Assembly: GCA_020028535.1 (NCBI GenBank)
Contig: JAIBHM010000001.1
Span: 1-53,681, forward strand
Origin: Armatimonadota bacterium
GTDB taxonomy: Bacteria > Sysuimicrobiota > Sysuimicrobiia > Sysuimicrobiales > Kaftiobacteriaceae
DNA length: 53,681 bases
Direction: 5' to 3'
The translations under genes and the position numbers were made by a program. The stretch's first letter is position 1. Each line of letters opens with the position of its first letter. Positions 32,451-43,297 of the stretch are shown here, piece after piece. Below the pieces are notes generated by a model, which worked only from the letters and a program-made list of their open reading frames with translations, did no database searches and was not told where the DNA came from.

Positions 32451-33505
32451 GGACGCCGCGCGAGGTCACGGAGCAGTGGGAGCGCGAGCGGCAGAATCCC
32501 CGCGGCGCCCTGGCGGCCACCTCGCGCGGACGTGAGACGCCGGAGCCTGAAGACGAACTGCGCACCTGCTTCCAGCGGGATCGGGACCGCGTCATCCACT
32601 GCAAGGCGTTCCGCCGGCTCAAGCACAAGACACAGGTCTTTATCGCTCCCGAAGGGGATCACTATCGCACCCGTCTCACCCACACGCTCGAGGTCGCACA
32701 GGTCGCCCGCACTGCGGCTCGGGCGCTGCGGCTGAACGAAGACCTCACCGAGGCCATCGCCCTCGCTCACGACCTCGGCCATCCGCCGTTTGGGCACGCC
32801 GGGGAGGCGGCGCTCGATCTGGCGATGCAGCCGGTGGGCGGGTTCAGACACTACGAGCAGAGCCTGCGTGTCGTGCGGCTGCTCGAGCGCCGTACCCGCT
32901 CCGACGGGACGACCGCGCGAGGGCTCAACCTGACGTGGGAAGTCCGTGACGGCATCGCCGGCCATTCGAAGGGGCTGCGCGACCTCGAAGCCGACCCAGG
33001 CGATGGAGGTCTCCCCACCACGCTGGAGGGCCAGGTCGTGCGCCTGGCTGACCGCATCGCTTACGTCCATCACGATACCGACGACGCCGTTCGCGCCGGT
33101 CTGATCGCGGAAGCCGACGTGCCGGACGAGGTGCGCGCGGTCCTCGGACGCACGCGCGGCCTGTGGATCGGCGTGATGGTTCGCGACCTGGTGCACAGCA
33201 GTGAGGGGCGTGACGGGGTCGGACTCAGCGACGGGGTTCGCGTCGCGCTCAACCGTCTCAAGGACTTCTTGACGGCGCGCGTGTACCAGGGACCGCACAC
33301 TGCGCCCGAACTGGCGAAGGGGCAGCGCCTGTTGCTGGCCCTCTACGACCGCTACCTGCACCATCCCGAGGAGATGTCGCCCGAGTACCGGGAACTGTTG
33401 GAGCGGGGGGAGCCGGTGGGCCGCATCGTCGGCGATTTCCTGGCAGGCATGACCGACCGGTACGCCCTCCGCCTCGGCGACACGCTGTTCGGCCCTAATC
33501 CATAA
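32447..33505 (+). CDS. dgt: dGTP triphosphohydrolase-like HD-domain protein
   Basis: FQRDRDRVIHCKAFRRLKHKTQVF...RTRLTHTLEV...AHDLGHPPFGH. GTG start overlapping the ppdK stop. Confidence 0.9.
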
Positions 33506-33609
33506 CCTGAAGAGAGCGTGTGCCGTCTGCGCCGGGAGCATCATCGTCTCCGCCGTTCCGGCAGTAGACTCTGGCCGGAGCGGCGAACGTGTTTTGGAGG
33601 GCGAGCCTT

Positions 33610-34194
33610 GTGACTCGAGTGAAGCGTCTGGAACCGTTGCACGTGATCGTGCAGGGGAAGCACATCGCCGTGACTCCCGCGCTCCGGGAATACGCGGAGG
33701 AGAAGCTGGGGCGGATCACGCGATACTTCGACCACGTGCAGGAGGCGCAGGTCGTGCTGAGCGTGGAGCGCCGGGGCAACCTCGGCAAGGCCCAGGTGGT
33801 GGAGGTCAGCGTGCGCGGCGACGGCGTGGTGCTGCGAGGGGAAGAAGCTTCTCCCGACATGTACGCGTCGATCGATCTCGTGGCGGAGAAGCTCAAGAAG
33901 CAGATCGAACGGTATCGCAGCAAGTTCATCGACCGCTGGCGGCATGAGGAGAGCCGCAAGAAAACCGAAGCGCTGGCCCGGGCCCGGCGGGCGCTGCGCG
34001 CCGGTCCCCAGGAGCCGCAGATCGTTCGAGTGAAACGATTCGCGATGAAGCCGATGACGGCGGAAGACGCGGCGCTGCACATGGAGTTGCTGGGGCACAG
34101 CTTCTTCGCCTTCAGGAACGCCAGCACGATGGAAGTGAACGTGGTGTACAGGCGGATCGATGGAAACTACGGCGTGATCGAGCCGGAGCGCTGA
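33610..34194 (+). CDS. hpf: ribosome hibernation-promoting factor (long form)
   Basis: GKHIAVTPALREYAEEKLGRITRYF is the S30AE domain. The C-terminal dimerisation domain is KRFAMKPMTAEDAALHMELLGHSFFAFRN. The GTG at 33610 is 7 nt after GGAGGG. Confidence 0.9.
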   Translation: MTRVKRLEPLHVIVQGKHIAVTPALREYAEEKLGRITRYFDHVQEAQVVLSVERRGNLGKAQVVEVSVRGDGVVLRGEEASPDMYASIDLVAEKLKKQIERYRSKFIDRWRHEESRKKTEALARARRALRAGPQEPQIVRVKRFAMKPMTAEDAALHMELLGHSFFAFRNASTMEVNVVYRRIDGNYGVIEPER

Positions 34195-34853
34195 TGTCGA
34201 ATCGCGACGGGCATACCCTGGCGGAGAGCGCCGAGGGGGTCATCCGGAAACTGCGCGGCGTGCAGGCCGTGCGGGTGGAGACCGGCGACACCGGCGAGAT
34301 CCGCCTCGTGCATGTCCTGGGCGGCCCCGACCGCAGCCCGAAGGTCATCGCCGTGGATGTCGTCTCCGCGCTGGCCGCGGAGCTCGGCGTGGAGCTGGAG
34401 CCCCGTCAGGTCCGCGTCGCCGCACAGCAGCGGGCCGATCGAGCCGCGCCGCCCGACCAGCTGCGGCTGAAGTTCGTCGGGCTGTCGGTGTCGGTGTTGC
34501 GCACGACCGCGGAAGTGAAAGTGCACCTCGAGAACCAGGGTCTGATCTACGAAGGGATCGCGTCAGGACCGTACGCGAGCCGGAACCGCTTCGACCTCAT
34601 GGGTGAAGCGACGCTCCGGGCGGTCGAGATTTTTCTGCGCACCGACGGGATGTTCTTGCTCGACGGCGTGAGCGTGGCCACCGTCGGCATGCACGAGGTC
34701 GCCGTGGCCGTCGTCTCCCTCCCCGGGCGGGCAGAAGAGACCCTGGTCGGCTCCGCCGTGGTGCGCGACGATCCTCGCGAAGCGGTCGTCCGCGCGGTGC
34801 TGGATGCGATCAACCGCCCCGTCTCGTGGCTGGTAGGACGGAAAGGACCCTGA
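34194..34853 (+). CDS. hypothetical protein (two alpha/beta-like modules), translationally coupled to hpf
   Basis: ATGA overlap with the hpf stop. Codon usage looks coherent. No family recognised with certainty. Confidence 0.6.
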   Translation: MSNRDGHTLAESAEGVIRKLRGVQAVRVETGDTGEIRLVHVLGGPDRSPKVIAVDVVSALAAELGVELEPRQVRVAAQQRADRAAPPDQLRLKFVGLSVSVLRTTAEVKVHLENQGLIYEGIASGPYASRNRFDLMGEATLRAVEIFLRTDGMFLLDGVSVATVGMHEVAVAVVSLPGRAEETLVGSAVVRDDPREAVVRAVLDAINRPVSWLVGRKGP

Positions 34854-34898
34854 TCGCCTTCATTCCCCGTTTGACGCCTCGGCTATAATAGGTCTGTT

Positions 34899-37520
34899 AT
34901 GGCCAACTTGCTCACGCGTTTATTCGGGGATTCTACCGCCCGCGAGATCCGGCGTCTGCAGCCGCTGGTCGACGAGGTCAACGCCGTGGACACGGAGTTC
35001 TCGGCGCTGACCGACGAGGCGCTCCGGCAGAAGACGGCCGAGTTCAAGACGCGCCTGGCGGCGGGAGAAACTCTTGATGATATCCTGCCTGAGGCGTTTG
35101 CGGTCGTTCGCGAGGCGAGCAAGCGCACGATCGGCCTGCGACACTTCGACGTCCAGCTCATCGGCGGCGCCGTCCTCCACCAGGGCAAGATCGCCGAGAT
35201 GAAGACCGGCGAGGGCAAGACGCTCGTCGCCACGCTGCCCATCTACCTGAATGCGCTCGCCGGGCGCGGCGTGCACCTCGTGACCGTGAACGATTACCTC
35301 TCCCGCCGCGACGCCGGCTGGATGGGCCCCATCTACCACTTCCTGGGTCTGTCGCTGGCCACGATCGGCCACGAGTTCAGCGGGGTATATGATCCTGCGT
35401 ACACCGACCCACAGCCGCACGCCGACGACCGGCTGAATCACTTCCGTCCGGTCTCCCGGCGGGAGGCCTACCATGCCGACATCACCTACGGCACCGTCAA
35501 CGAGTTCGGCTTCGATTACCTGCGCGACAACATGGCTCTGCGGGTGGAGGACCTGGTACAGCGCGACCTGGTCTACGCCATCGTGGACGAGGTGGACTTC
35601 ATCCTCATCGACGAGGCGCGCACCCCCCTCATCATCTCCGGCATGCTGGATGCCTCGACCAAGAAGTACAACGAGTTCGCGCGGCTGGTGACGCGGCTCT
35701 CGCAGGGGCGCGACTATACCGTCGACGAGAAGATCAAGACGGCGATGCTGACCGAAGAGGGCACCGGGCGGGTGGAGCACACCCTCGGCGTGACCAACAT
35801 CGCCGACATCGAGCACGTCGACCTGATGCACCATATCCAGCAATCGCTGCGCGCGCATGCCTGCTTCAAGAAGGATGTGGATTATGTCGTCAAGGACGGC
35901 CAGGTGATCATCGTCGATGAGTTCACCGGCCGGCTGATGTTCGGACGGCGCTACAGCGACGGGCTCCATCAGGCGATCGAGGCAAAGGAAAACGTCCGTA
36001 TCGAGCGCGAGAGCCAGACGCTGGCCAGCATCACGATCCAGAACTACTTCCGCATGTACGAGAAGCTGGCCGGAATGACCGGCACCGCCAAGACCGAGGA
36101 AGAAGAGCTCCAGAAAATCTACAATCTGCCCGTCGCCGTGATCCCGACGCACCGGCCGATGGTCCGCACGGATCATTCGGATCAGATCTACAAGACCGAG
36201 CGCGGGAAGTGGAAGGCGGTTGTGGCGGAGATCGAGTCGTGGTACAAGCAGGGCCGCCCGGTCCTCGTGGGTACGCGGTCCATCGAGAAGAACGAGCAGC
36301 TCAGCGAGATGCTGAGGCGGCGGGGCATCACCCACGAGGTCCTGAACGCGAAGCAGCACGAACGCGAGGCGGAGATCATCGCCCAGGCCGGCCGCCGGGG
36401 CGCGGTGACGATCGCCACCAACATGGCCGGCCGCGGTGTGGACATCATCCTGGGGGGGAATCCGCCGGATGCGGCGGGCGCGGACGCCGTGCGAGGGCTC
36501 GACGGCCTGCACGTCATCGGCACCGAGCGGCACGAAGCGCGGCGGATCGACAATCAGCTGCGCGGCCGCAGCGGGCGCCAGGGCGACGCGGGATCCTCGC
36601 GCTTCTACATCGCGCTGGAAGATGAGCTGATGCGCCTGTTCGCGGGACAGCGCATCGCCGGGATCATGGATCGCCTCGGCATCGACGAGGACACGCCCAT
36701 CGAGCACCCGCTGGTCACACGGCAGATCGAGTCGGCCCAGAAGAAGGTGGAGCAGTACCACTTCGACGTCCGCAAGCACGTGCTGGAATATGATGACGTC
36801 ATGAACGTGCAGCGGAAAGTCATCTACGGCGAGCGGCGCAAGGTTCTCTTCGGCGACAACATCCGCGAGAACATTCTGGACATGATCGAGCGGTTGATCG
36901 GCGAGCTGGTCGACGCCCACTGCGCGCCCGATGCGGCGCGCGAGGAGTGGGACCTCGAAGGGCTGGGTGAGGCCGCGGCGCAGCTTGCGCCCGCCCTGGC
37001 CGACGTCAACCTGGCTGAGGCGAACTCACGTGACGACGTGAAGGCGGTCCTGACGCAGGCGGCCCTCGAGGCCTACGAACGCAAGGAGCAGGAGATCGGC
37101 CCCTCCATGCGCGAGATCGAGCGGATCGTGCTGCTGCAGACGATCGACCGCAAGTGGATCGACCACTTGTACAACATGGACTCGCTGCGCGATGGAATCG
37201 GCCTGCGCGCCTACGCGCAGGTGAGTCCCCTCATCGAGTACCAGCGGGAAGGATACGACCACTTCCAGCGGATGCTTGCGGATATCCAGGAGGAAGCGGT
37301 CACGGTGTTCTTCCGTCTGGCCGTCGAGGGCGCCGCCGTCCCGCGACCACGCGTCATGGCGCGGCCCGCGGTGCCGGCGCTGGCGGGGAAAAGTGCTCCC
37401 GTCTCCGCCGGGGTCGCGGCAACGCCTTCCGGTGACGGCAAGCGCAAGCTCGGGCGCAACGATCCGTGCTGGTGCGGCAGCGGCAAGAAATACAAGAAGT
37501 GTCACGGCAAAGACGAGTAA
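34899..37520 (+). CDS. secA: preprotein translocase ATPase SecA
   Basis: [10 protein letters not shown]..., MKTGEGKT (Walker A), [19 protein letters not shown], and a C-terminal zinc motif [14 protein letters not shown]. Confidence 0.97.
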   Translation: MANLLTRLFGDSTAREIRRLQPLVDEVNAVDTEFSALTDEALRQKTAEFKTRLAAGETLDDILPEAFAVVREASKRTIGLRHFDVQLIGGAVLHQGKIAEMKTGEGKTLVATLPIYLNALAGRGVHLVTVNDYLSRRDAGWMGPIYHFLGLSLATIGHEFSGVYDPAYTDPQPHADDRLNHFRPVSRREAYHADITYGTVNEFGFDYLRDNMALRVEDLVQRDLVYAIVDEVDFILIDEARTPLIISGMLDASTKKYNEFARLVTRLSQGRDYTVDEKIKTAMLTEEGTGRVEHTLGVTNIADIEHVDLMHHIQQSLRAHACFKKDVDYVVKDGQVIIVDEFTGRLMFGRRYSDGLHQAIEAKENVRIERESQTLASITIQNYFRMYEKLAGMTGTAKTEEEELQKIYNLPVAVIPTHRPMVRTDHSDQIYKTERGKWKAVVAEIESWYKQGRPVLVGTRSIEKNEQLSEMLRRRGITHEVLNAKQHEREAEIIAQAGRRGAVTIATNMAGRGVDIILGGNPPDAAGADAVRGLDGLHVIGTERHEARRIDNQLRGRSGRQGDAGSSRFYIALEDELMRLFAGQRIAGIMDRLGIDEDTPIEHPLVTRQIESAQKKVEQYHFDVRKHVLEYDDVMNVQRKVIYGERRKVLFGDNIRENILDMIERLIGELVDAHCAPDAAREEWDLEGLGEAAAQLAPALADVNLAEANSRDDVKAVLTQAALEAYERKEQEIGPSMREIERIVLLQTIDRKWIDHLYNMDSLRDGIGLRAYAQVSPLIEYQREGYDHFQRMLADIQEEAVTVFFRLAVEGAAVPRPRVMARPAVPALAGKSAPVSAGVAATPSGDGKRKLGRNDPCWCGSGKKYKKCHGKDE

Positions 37521-39472
37521 CGCTGGCCGCCTCCGGCGGTCTGCTGCTCTTCGCGGCGTTCCCTCCGCTCGATCTCGGGTTCCTCGCCTGGTTCGCTCTC
37601 GTCCCTCTGCTTGCGGCGATTGAAGGGGAATCCCCGTCACGAGCCTTCGGCTTAGGCCTGCTGGCCGGCGGCGTGGCGTATCTCACCATCGTGTCGTGGA
37701 TGCTCGCGTTCGGGGTCCTGCCCTGGATTCTGCTGGCAGCCTACCTGAGCCTGTACGTCGGGATTTTTGCGGGGCTGTCGAGCTGGGTTGCCGCGCGGCG
37801 CCCCGCATGGGTCGCCGTATGGAGTGTCGCGCTGCTGTGGACCGCGCTGGAGTACCTGCGTTCTATTGGTGTCTTCGGCTTCCCGTGGGCGCTGCTCGGG
37901 CTGACGCAGCACCGCTACCCGCCGGTCATCCAGATCGCAAAGGTGACCGGAGTCTTCGGTGTGTCGTTCCTCGTGGCGCTGGGCGGGGCGGCTCTGGCCC
38001 GCGCGGTGATCTCACGGCGGCTCGGGCCCATGGTGGCGCCCGCGATGATTGTTGCGGCCGCGATTCTGTGGGGCGGACCGCAGGTCCAGGCGCAAAACAC
38101 CGGAAGCCTGCGAATTGCCGCCGTGCAGCCCAACGTCCCCGCGCGCGTGAAATTCGATCCGCTGCTCAGTCCCGGCCACATGGACACACTCAGACGGCTG
38201 GTCGGTGCGGCCGGCGGTCAGGGGGCAGAACTGATCGTGCTCCCGGAAACCGCCATCCCGTACAACATCTTCGGACCCTCCGGGGTTCTGCGCGAGGTGG
38301 GGCATTGGGCCGGGCGTGCAGGCGCCACGCTCATCGCCAGCAGCCTCGAGAACGGTGTCTCCAACATCGCCGTCGCCGTGGCGCCCTCGGGCCAGGCCGT
38401 CAGCCGGTACGACAAGGTGCGCCTCGTGGCGTTCGGGGAGTATGGGGTCCGGCCGGGGCAACGGCACGAGCCCTTGTGGACGCCGCCCGGGCAGGTCGGC
38501 ATCGCGATCTGCTTTGAGTCGATCTTCCCAGACGTCGGACGCGCGTTGGTGCGCAACGGCGCGGAACTCCTCGCGGTGATGACAAACGACGGCTGGTTTG
38601 ATGGAACGTCGGGCGTCGAGCAGCACGCAGCGCACTCGGTTTTGCGGGCCGTTGAGACGGGCCGGTGGGTTGTGCGCGCCGCGAATACCGGCGTAACGAT
38701 GGTCATCGACCCCGCGGGACGGGTGAGCAGCCGGTTGCAGCCGCGTACCGAAGCCGTGCTCGTGGACCGCGCCGCTTTCGTGCGATCGTCGACGTTTTAT
38801 GCCCGGCGCGGAGATGTGTTCGCGATCGCGACGCTTTTCGCGATCGCGGTTCTTGGTGTGCCCGCGATTCGGTCGGCGTTTTTGGGCAACGTCCGGACGC
38901 CCGCATTTCAGCAAATGGTCGCAGCGGCTCTCCTTCCCCTGGTCGCCGTCTGGCTCGTGCTCGGAAGCCCCTCCCGGGGCATCTGGCCGGGCGTGCTGCT
39001 CGCGTTCGTAATCGTGCTCTCCGCGCTGCGGCCGCTGACCGATTGGGGATTCCGGGTTCGCGGATTCGTCGCCTCGTTGCTTGCGGGGACGGCGGTCGTC
39101 GGAATCTTGTGGAGCGGTCTTGCCATCACGCTTCGTGCCTACGGTCTGCCCGCAGGGTTACCGGTTCCGGACGGAGGGTGGCTAGAGGGCATCGTGCGCC
39201 AGTTGGTTGTGGGGCTTGCCGTCGAGGGGTGGCTTCGCGGGATTGTGTTCACGCCGGCCACTCACTGGAAGGGATTGCCGACCGCGGTCGCCCTCGGTGC
39301 CGGGATGGGAATGCTGCTGCAGCGCGGGCTCACTGCCGAAGCGATCGCCTGGGCGATGGTGACCGGCGCAGGATTCGGCCTCATCCGGGCGAGGACGGGC
39401 AACGCGCTCGGGCTGGTGATCCCGCACGCGCTCGGCAACATACTCTTCTCAGTCGTGACTATGGTAAGGTAG
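37466..39472 (+). CDS. lnt: apolipoprotein N-acyltransferase fused to a C-terminal CPBP-like membrane domain
   Basis: N-terminal TM bundle ([22 protein letters not shown]). CN-hydrolase domain (LIVLPETA...CFESIFP...NDGWF). Then ~215 extra residues with TM helices carrying AVEGWLRG and [11 protein letters not shown]. The alternative GTG start at 37499 also overlaps the secA 3' end. Confidence 0.85.
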   Translation: MLVRQRQEIQEVSRQRRVTLAASGGLLLFAAFPPLDLGFLAWFALVPLLAAIEGESPSRAFGLGLLAGGVAYLTIVSWMLAFGVLPWILLAAYLSLYVGIFAGLSSWVAARRPAWVAVWSVALLWTALEYLRSIGVFGFPWALLGLTQHRYPPVIQIAKVTGVFGVSFLVALGGAALARAVISRRLGPMVAPAMIVAAAILWGGPQVQAQNTGSLRIAAVQPNVPARVKFDPLLSPGHMDTLRRLVGAAGGQGAELIVLPETAIPYNIFGPSGVLREVGHWAGRAGATLIASSLENGVSNIAVAVAPSGQAVSRYDKVRLVAFGEYGVRPGQRHEPLWTPPGQVGIAICFESIFPDVGRALVRNGAELLAVMTNDGWFDGTSGVEQHAAHSVLRAVETGRWVVRAANTGVTMVIDPAGRVSSRLQPRTEAVLVDRAAFVRSSTFYARRGDVFAIATLFAIAVLGVPAIRSAFLGNVRTPAFQQMVAAALLPLVAVWLVLGSPSRGIWPGVLLAFVIVLSALRPLTDWGFRVRGFVASLLAGTAVVGILWSGLAITLRAYGLPAGLPVPDGGWLEGIVRQLVVGLAVEGWLRGIVFTPATHWKGLPTAVALGAGMGMLLQRGLTAEAIAWAMVTGAGFGLIRARTGNALGLVIPHALGNILFSVVTMVR

Positions 39473-39493
39473 ACTCCGGAGATCTGAAGCGAA

Positions 39494-40588
39494 TGACGAT
39501 CGAGGAAGTGAAGACTCTGATCGAGCAGGACCGCGCCCGACTCCACGAAATCGGGAGGCATCTTTGACCTGCCCAGCAAGCAGGCGCGCATGCACACCCT
39601 TGAGACGCAGATGCAACGCTCCGACCTCTGGGCCAATCCCGAGCACGCCCGCAAGGTCAGCCAGGAACTGAGCGCGCTGCGCTCGCAGGTCGAAACCTTC
39701 GCCGGTCTGTCCCGTCAGGTGGAGGACCTCGCCGAACTTACTGCTCTCGCGGCCCAAGATCCCTCCGGCCTGAACGCGGATGAGCTTGCTTCGGAGGCGC
39801 GCTCCGCACACGAGCGGATGCAGCGGCTCGAGCTCCTCACGCTGCTCTCGGGCGAGCACGACGCAAGCAACGCCATCCTTTCGATCCACGCCGGGGCCGG
39901 CGGCACGGACTCCCAGGATTGGGCGCAGATCCTGATGCGGATGTACGTGCGCTGGGCGGAGCGCCGCGGGTTCTCGACCGAGGTCGCGGACCTGTCTCCC
40001 GGAGAAGAAGCCGGCCTGAAGAGCGCCACCGTGATCATCGCCGGACCGTACGCCTACGGCTATCTGAAGGCCGAGCGCGGCGTCCACCGCCTGGTGCGCC
40101 TCTCGCCGTTTGACGCCGCACATCGCCGGCATACCTCGTTCGCGCTCGTGGACGTGATCCCCGAAGTGGAGGAGGTCGAGGTCACCGTGCGCGACGACGA
40201 GCTGAAGATTGAGACCTACCGCGCCGGAGGCGCCGGCGGGCAGAACGTCAACAAGGTGGAGACGGCGGTCCGCATCACGCACCTCCCCACGGGGATTGTC
40301 GTGCAGTGCCAGAACGAGCGGTCACAGCACGCCAACAAGCTCACGGCGATGCGGCTCCTGCGCGCGAAGCTGGCTGAGGTGCAGGAGGAGAAGCACGCCC
40401 AGCGCCTGGCGGAGCTCCGCGGTGAGTACAAGGAGGCGGCCTGGGGGAACCAGATCCGTTCCTACATCCTGCATCCCTATACGCTGGTCAAGGATCACCG
40501 CACCGGGGTGGAGACCGGCGACGCAAATGCCGTGCTCGACGGCGATCTCGACCCGTTCATCGACGCCACGCTCCGCCACCACGCGTAG
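39494..40588 (+). CDS. prfB: peptide chain release factor 2, with programmed +1 frameshift (39494..39564 joined to 39566..40588)
   Basis: ORF0 is [24 protein letters not shown], ending at CTT TGA. The downstream frame continues ...[11 protein letters not shown]...SPF...[16 protein letters not shown] (the SPF and GGQ motifs). Confidence 0.93.
39553..39568 (+). other. RF2 autoregulatory +1 frameshift site
   Basis: GGGAGG-CA-T-CTT-TGA-C: an SD-like element lies 3 nt before the CTT slippery codon, followed by an in-frame TGA and then C. This is the same architecture as E. coli prfB. Confidence 0.85.
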
Positions 40589-40631
40589 CCAGAAGAGGGG
40601 CGTTCTTTCACCTCCACGAATTAGCAACGGC

Positions 40632-41303
40632 ATGTCACGTCTGGTCACGCTGCTCATCGTGGTCGCGATCATCGTCATTGCGCCGGCGGTGGTCATGTCC
40701 TGGCAGTTGTCCAACGGCGTCCAGCGCGACCTCCGGACGAGGGACGCCTCCGTGCGTGTGATGTCCGGTCCCATCGGCATTGTGACCGGGCGTATCTCCC
40801 GGCTCCGGCTGGATGCGGAACACGCGACGGTCGAGGGTGTCACCGTCAGCCAGATCCGCGTGACGCTTCGAGACGTCAACCTCGACACGCGGCGCGCGCT
40901 CCGCGGGCAGCTGGTGATACGCCGTACCGGAGGGGGATCGGCGTCCATTGTCGTGGACGAAGCAGCGCTGCAGCGCTACCTGGCCGAACAGCGAGAGGTG
41001 CGCAATGCGCGCGTGCACCTCGATGACGGGATCGCGACCATCACCGGCACGGTGAATGTCCTCAACTCGTCCTTAGAAGTAGGCTTGCGCGCGCGTCTTG
41101 AAGTCGCGCGCGGACGGGACATCGTACTGCGCGTGGAGCACATTGGGATCGGCGGCGTGGCGCTGCCTCCCGATCTCGGCAACGCGCTGGCGACGGCCGT
41201 GAACCCGCTGGTCACCGCCCCGCAGCAGCCTATTCCCATCCGGTTCACGAGCGTGGTCGTCGACAACGGCCGGGCAGTGATTGCGGGGGAGCCGGCGCGG
41301 TGA
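40632..41303 (+). CDS. DUF2993 (LmeA-like) family protein with an N-terminal membrane anchor
   Basis: The ATG at 40632 gives MSRLVTLLIVVAIIVIAPAVV (TM). Repeated beta-rich segments follow (GRISRLRLDAEHATVEGVTVSQIRVTLRDV...). The track ORF from 40209 overlaps prfB and is an extension. Confidence 0.8.
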   Translation: MSRLVTLLIVVAIIVIAPAVVMSWQLSNGVQRDLRTRDASVRVMSGPIGIVTGRISRLRLDAEHATVEGVTVSQIRVTLRDVNLDTRRALRGQLVIRRTGGGSASIVVDEAALQRYLAEQREVRNARVHLDDGIATITGTVNVLNSSLEVGLRARLEVARGRDIVLRVEHIGIGGVALPPDLGNALATAVNPLVTAPQQPIPIRFTSVVVDNGRAVIAGEPAR

Positions 41304-43297
41304 GGCGGCGCCGGGCGCGCTCGCTGCTCATCGCGATCGGCCTCGGGCTCGCCGCCGCACTGCTCATCCTCTGGTCCCGGTGGAACGTCGAATCCGGGTA
41401 TCGCACCGTCGAGATCGTCCTGGACGGCCGGGACTGGGAAGCCCTCGCTGTGCGGGAGGGACGCGACCCATGGGAGGTCCTCGCCGAAGCGGCCAGGCGC
41501 GGCGCCACGTCTGTTGCCGTCTACGAATGGACGCTCGAACGGCTTGCCGAGCGCGGCGAGATCGTCTATCGGAGTCGTGAGGAATTGCAGGCCGAATCTT
41601 ACCTGCGTACATTGTCTCCCCTGTTCAGCGCTTCGGCCGGCAATTCCGAACCTATTCCTTCGACCGTGTTTATCAGCGGGAACCGCGATACGCTCGCATT
41701 TGTGGAATCTTCTGTCATCGATATACTCGGCCGCGCGCGCGTTCGCCGCAGCGGCGACATCCTCGAAGTCCGGGGACTCCGTGCCGACCTCGAACAACTC
41801 GGTCTCGGCCTGCGGCGCCAGGATCTGGACCGGGTGCGGGCGGCGGGCCTGGCGCCGGCGTTGCGGCTGCGCAACTATCCGGGCCTGACGAAAGAGGGAC
41901 TGGCGGCAAAGGGCGCCGCGCTGCGCGAGCTCGGCGGCGGCTACCCCGTGGTGTTCGAGCTTAACGAAGTATTGGGATACGACCGCCTGCTTCCTGACAC
42001 GGCCCGGATCCTCCGTGCGGCCGGGGATCGGTACGGCCGGATCGAGGTATTCAGCGCGAGGCGCAAGCAGCGGGGCGAGGACCGCCTAGCGCGTGAGATG
42101 CGCCCGGAGATGATCCGGCTCTTCAGCCTGACACCGGAGGAGCTGCTCGTGCTCCCGATCGGCGAGGCCCGCGACAAGTTCGTGCGCTCTGCCCGGGAGC
42201 GGAATATCCGGCTGGTATACATTCGTCCGTTCATTCCCACGGCGGGTGTGGAGGGCACGACCGCGAACCTCGGGTTCGTCGCCGATGTGGCGCGCGACGT
42301 ACGCCGATTTGGCCTGCGCATCGGCCGCGCCGACCCGCTGCCCGAGGTCCGCATCCATCCCGCGCTTCGCCTGCTGACCGGATTGGGAGCTCTGGCGGCC
42401 ATGGGGCTGGCGCTGTTGGTGCTGGGCGACGCCGTCGGCGCCCCCGTACCGATCCGGTTCGTGTGGGCGCTCGTGATCCTCGGTCTCATCCTGACCGTGG
42501 CCATGAGGTTTTCCGGCCCGCTCATCCTGTGGCTGAAGCTCCTTGCGCTGGGAACGGCGGCCACACTGCCCGCCGTGTCGGTGGCGGCGGCGATGCCGCG
42601 CAGCAGACTCGAGGCGGCGCCGGCACTCGCGGGAGTGCGCGTCCTCTGGCTGGCGTCGGGCGGTTCCATCGTCGCGGGTCTGCTCGTCGCCGCACTGCTC
42701 ACGCGGTGGGAGTTCATGATGGCCGCCGATGTCTTCCTCGGCGTGAAGATCGCTCAGCTCATTCCCGTTGTGCTCGTCGTGCTGCTCCTGTGGGGCCACG
42801 ACAAGGCCGCGCAGTCCTGGCGCGAGACCGCCCGCGATCTGTGGGAGTGGTCGGGTCACCCGCTCTTGCTGCGGTATGCGGTTGCCGCTGTCGTGGTGGG
42901 TCTGGCCGCGGTCATCCTCCTCGCGCGCAGCGGCAACTTCGGTCTGCCGCTGCTCGCGGTCGAAGACCGGCTGCGCAACTTCATGGAGGATCTCCTGGTC
43001 GCGCGTCCGCGCACGAAAGAATATCTGATCGGCCATCCGGCCCTGGTCTTCGCGGGCGCGGCAGCGGCCGCAGGGTGGCGGCGCTGGGTGCTGCCCCTGG
43101 CGGCGCTGGGCGCAATCGGCCAGGCCGGCATCGTCAACAGTTTCTCGCACATCCACACGCCGCTGCTGTACACCGCGTGGCGTACGGTGAACGCCCTATG
43201 GCTCGGGACGCTCTTTGGGGCGGGCGGGGTGATCGTGATACAATTTCTTGCGTCCCGCCTCTCCCCTCCGCCGCGTCAGCGTCCTCGGACGCACTGA
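41300..43297 (+). CDS. DUF5693-like large membrane protein (N-terminal extracytoplasmic domain plus ~9 TM helices)
   Basis: An N-terminal TM helix, a ~330-aa soluble region and a polytopic C-terminus. GTGA overlap upstream and TGATG overlap with csaB downstream. The family call is from memory of csaB neighbourhoods. Confidence 0.7.
   Translation: MRRRRARSLLIAIGLGLAAALLILWSRWNVESGYRTVEIVLDGRDWEALAVREGRDPWEVLAEAARRGATSVAVYEWTLERLAERGEIVYRSREELQAESYLRTLSPLFSASAGNSEPIPSTVFISGNRDTLAFVESSVIDILGRARVRRSGDILEVRGLRADLEQLGLGLRRQDLDRVRAAGLAPALRLRNYPGLTKEGLAAKGAALRELGGGYPVVFELNEVLGYDRLLPDTARILRAAGDRYGRIEVFSARRKQRGEDRLAREMRPEMIRLFSLTPEELLVLPIGEARDKFVRSARERNIRLVYIRPFIPTAGVEGTTANLGFVADVARDVRRFGLRIGRADPLPEVRIHPALRLLTGLGALAAMGLALLVLGDAVGAPVPIRFVWALVILGLILTVAMRFSGPLILWLKLLALGTAATLPAVSVAAAMPRSRLEAAPALAGVRVLWLASGGSIVAGLLVAALLTRWEFMMAADVFLGVKIAQLIPVVLVVLLLWGHDKAAQSWRETARDLWEWSGHPLLLRYAVAAVVVGLAAVILLARSGNFGLPLLAVEDRLRNFMEDLLVARPRTKEYLIGHPALVFAGAAAAAGWRRWVLPLAALGAIGQAGIVNSFSHIHTPLLYTAWRTVNALWLGTLFGAGGVIVIQFLASRLSPPPRQRPRTH

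Noticed and set aside
34884-34899. A perfect TATAAT 9 nt upstream of the secA ATG with no obvious SD, suggesting a leaderless secA transcript.
   Set aside because: There is no acceptable -35 element at 16-18 nt (TTGACG is only 7 nt away). Read-through from hpf is likely. This cannot be supported without TSS data.
38665-39493. The 300-aa ORF 38665-39567, overlapping the lnt 3' half.
   Set aside because: Only its last 24 codons (from the ATG at 39494) are real: they are ORF0 of prfB. The rest is an alternative frame of lnt.
40209-40631. The N-terminal 140 codons of track ORF 40209-41303, overlapping prfB.
   Set aside because: This part is out of frame inside RF2 and reads as low-complexity Arg/Ser/Pro sequence. 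The real gene starts at the ATG at 40632 with a TM helix.
42463-43296. The N-terminal 278 codons of track ORF 42463-44367.
   Set aside because: This is an alternative frame inside the DUF5693-like gene. CsaB homology begins only at MRIVVSGYYGFGNVGDE (43297).
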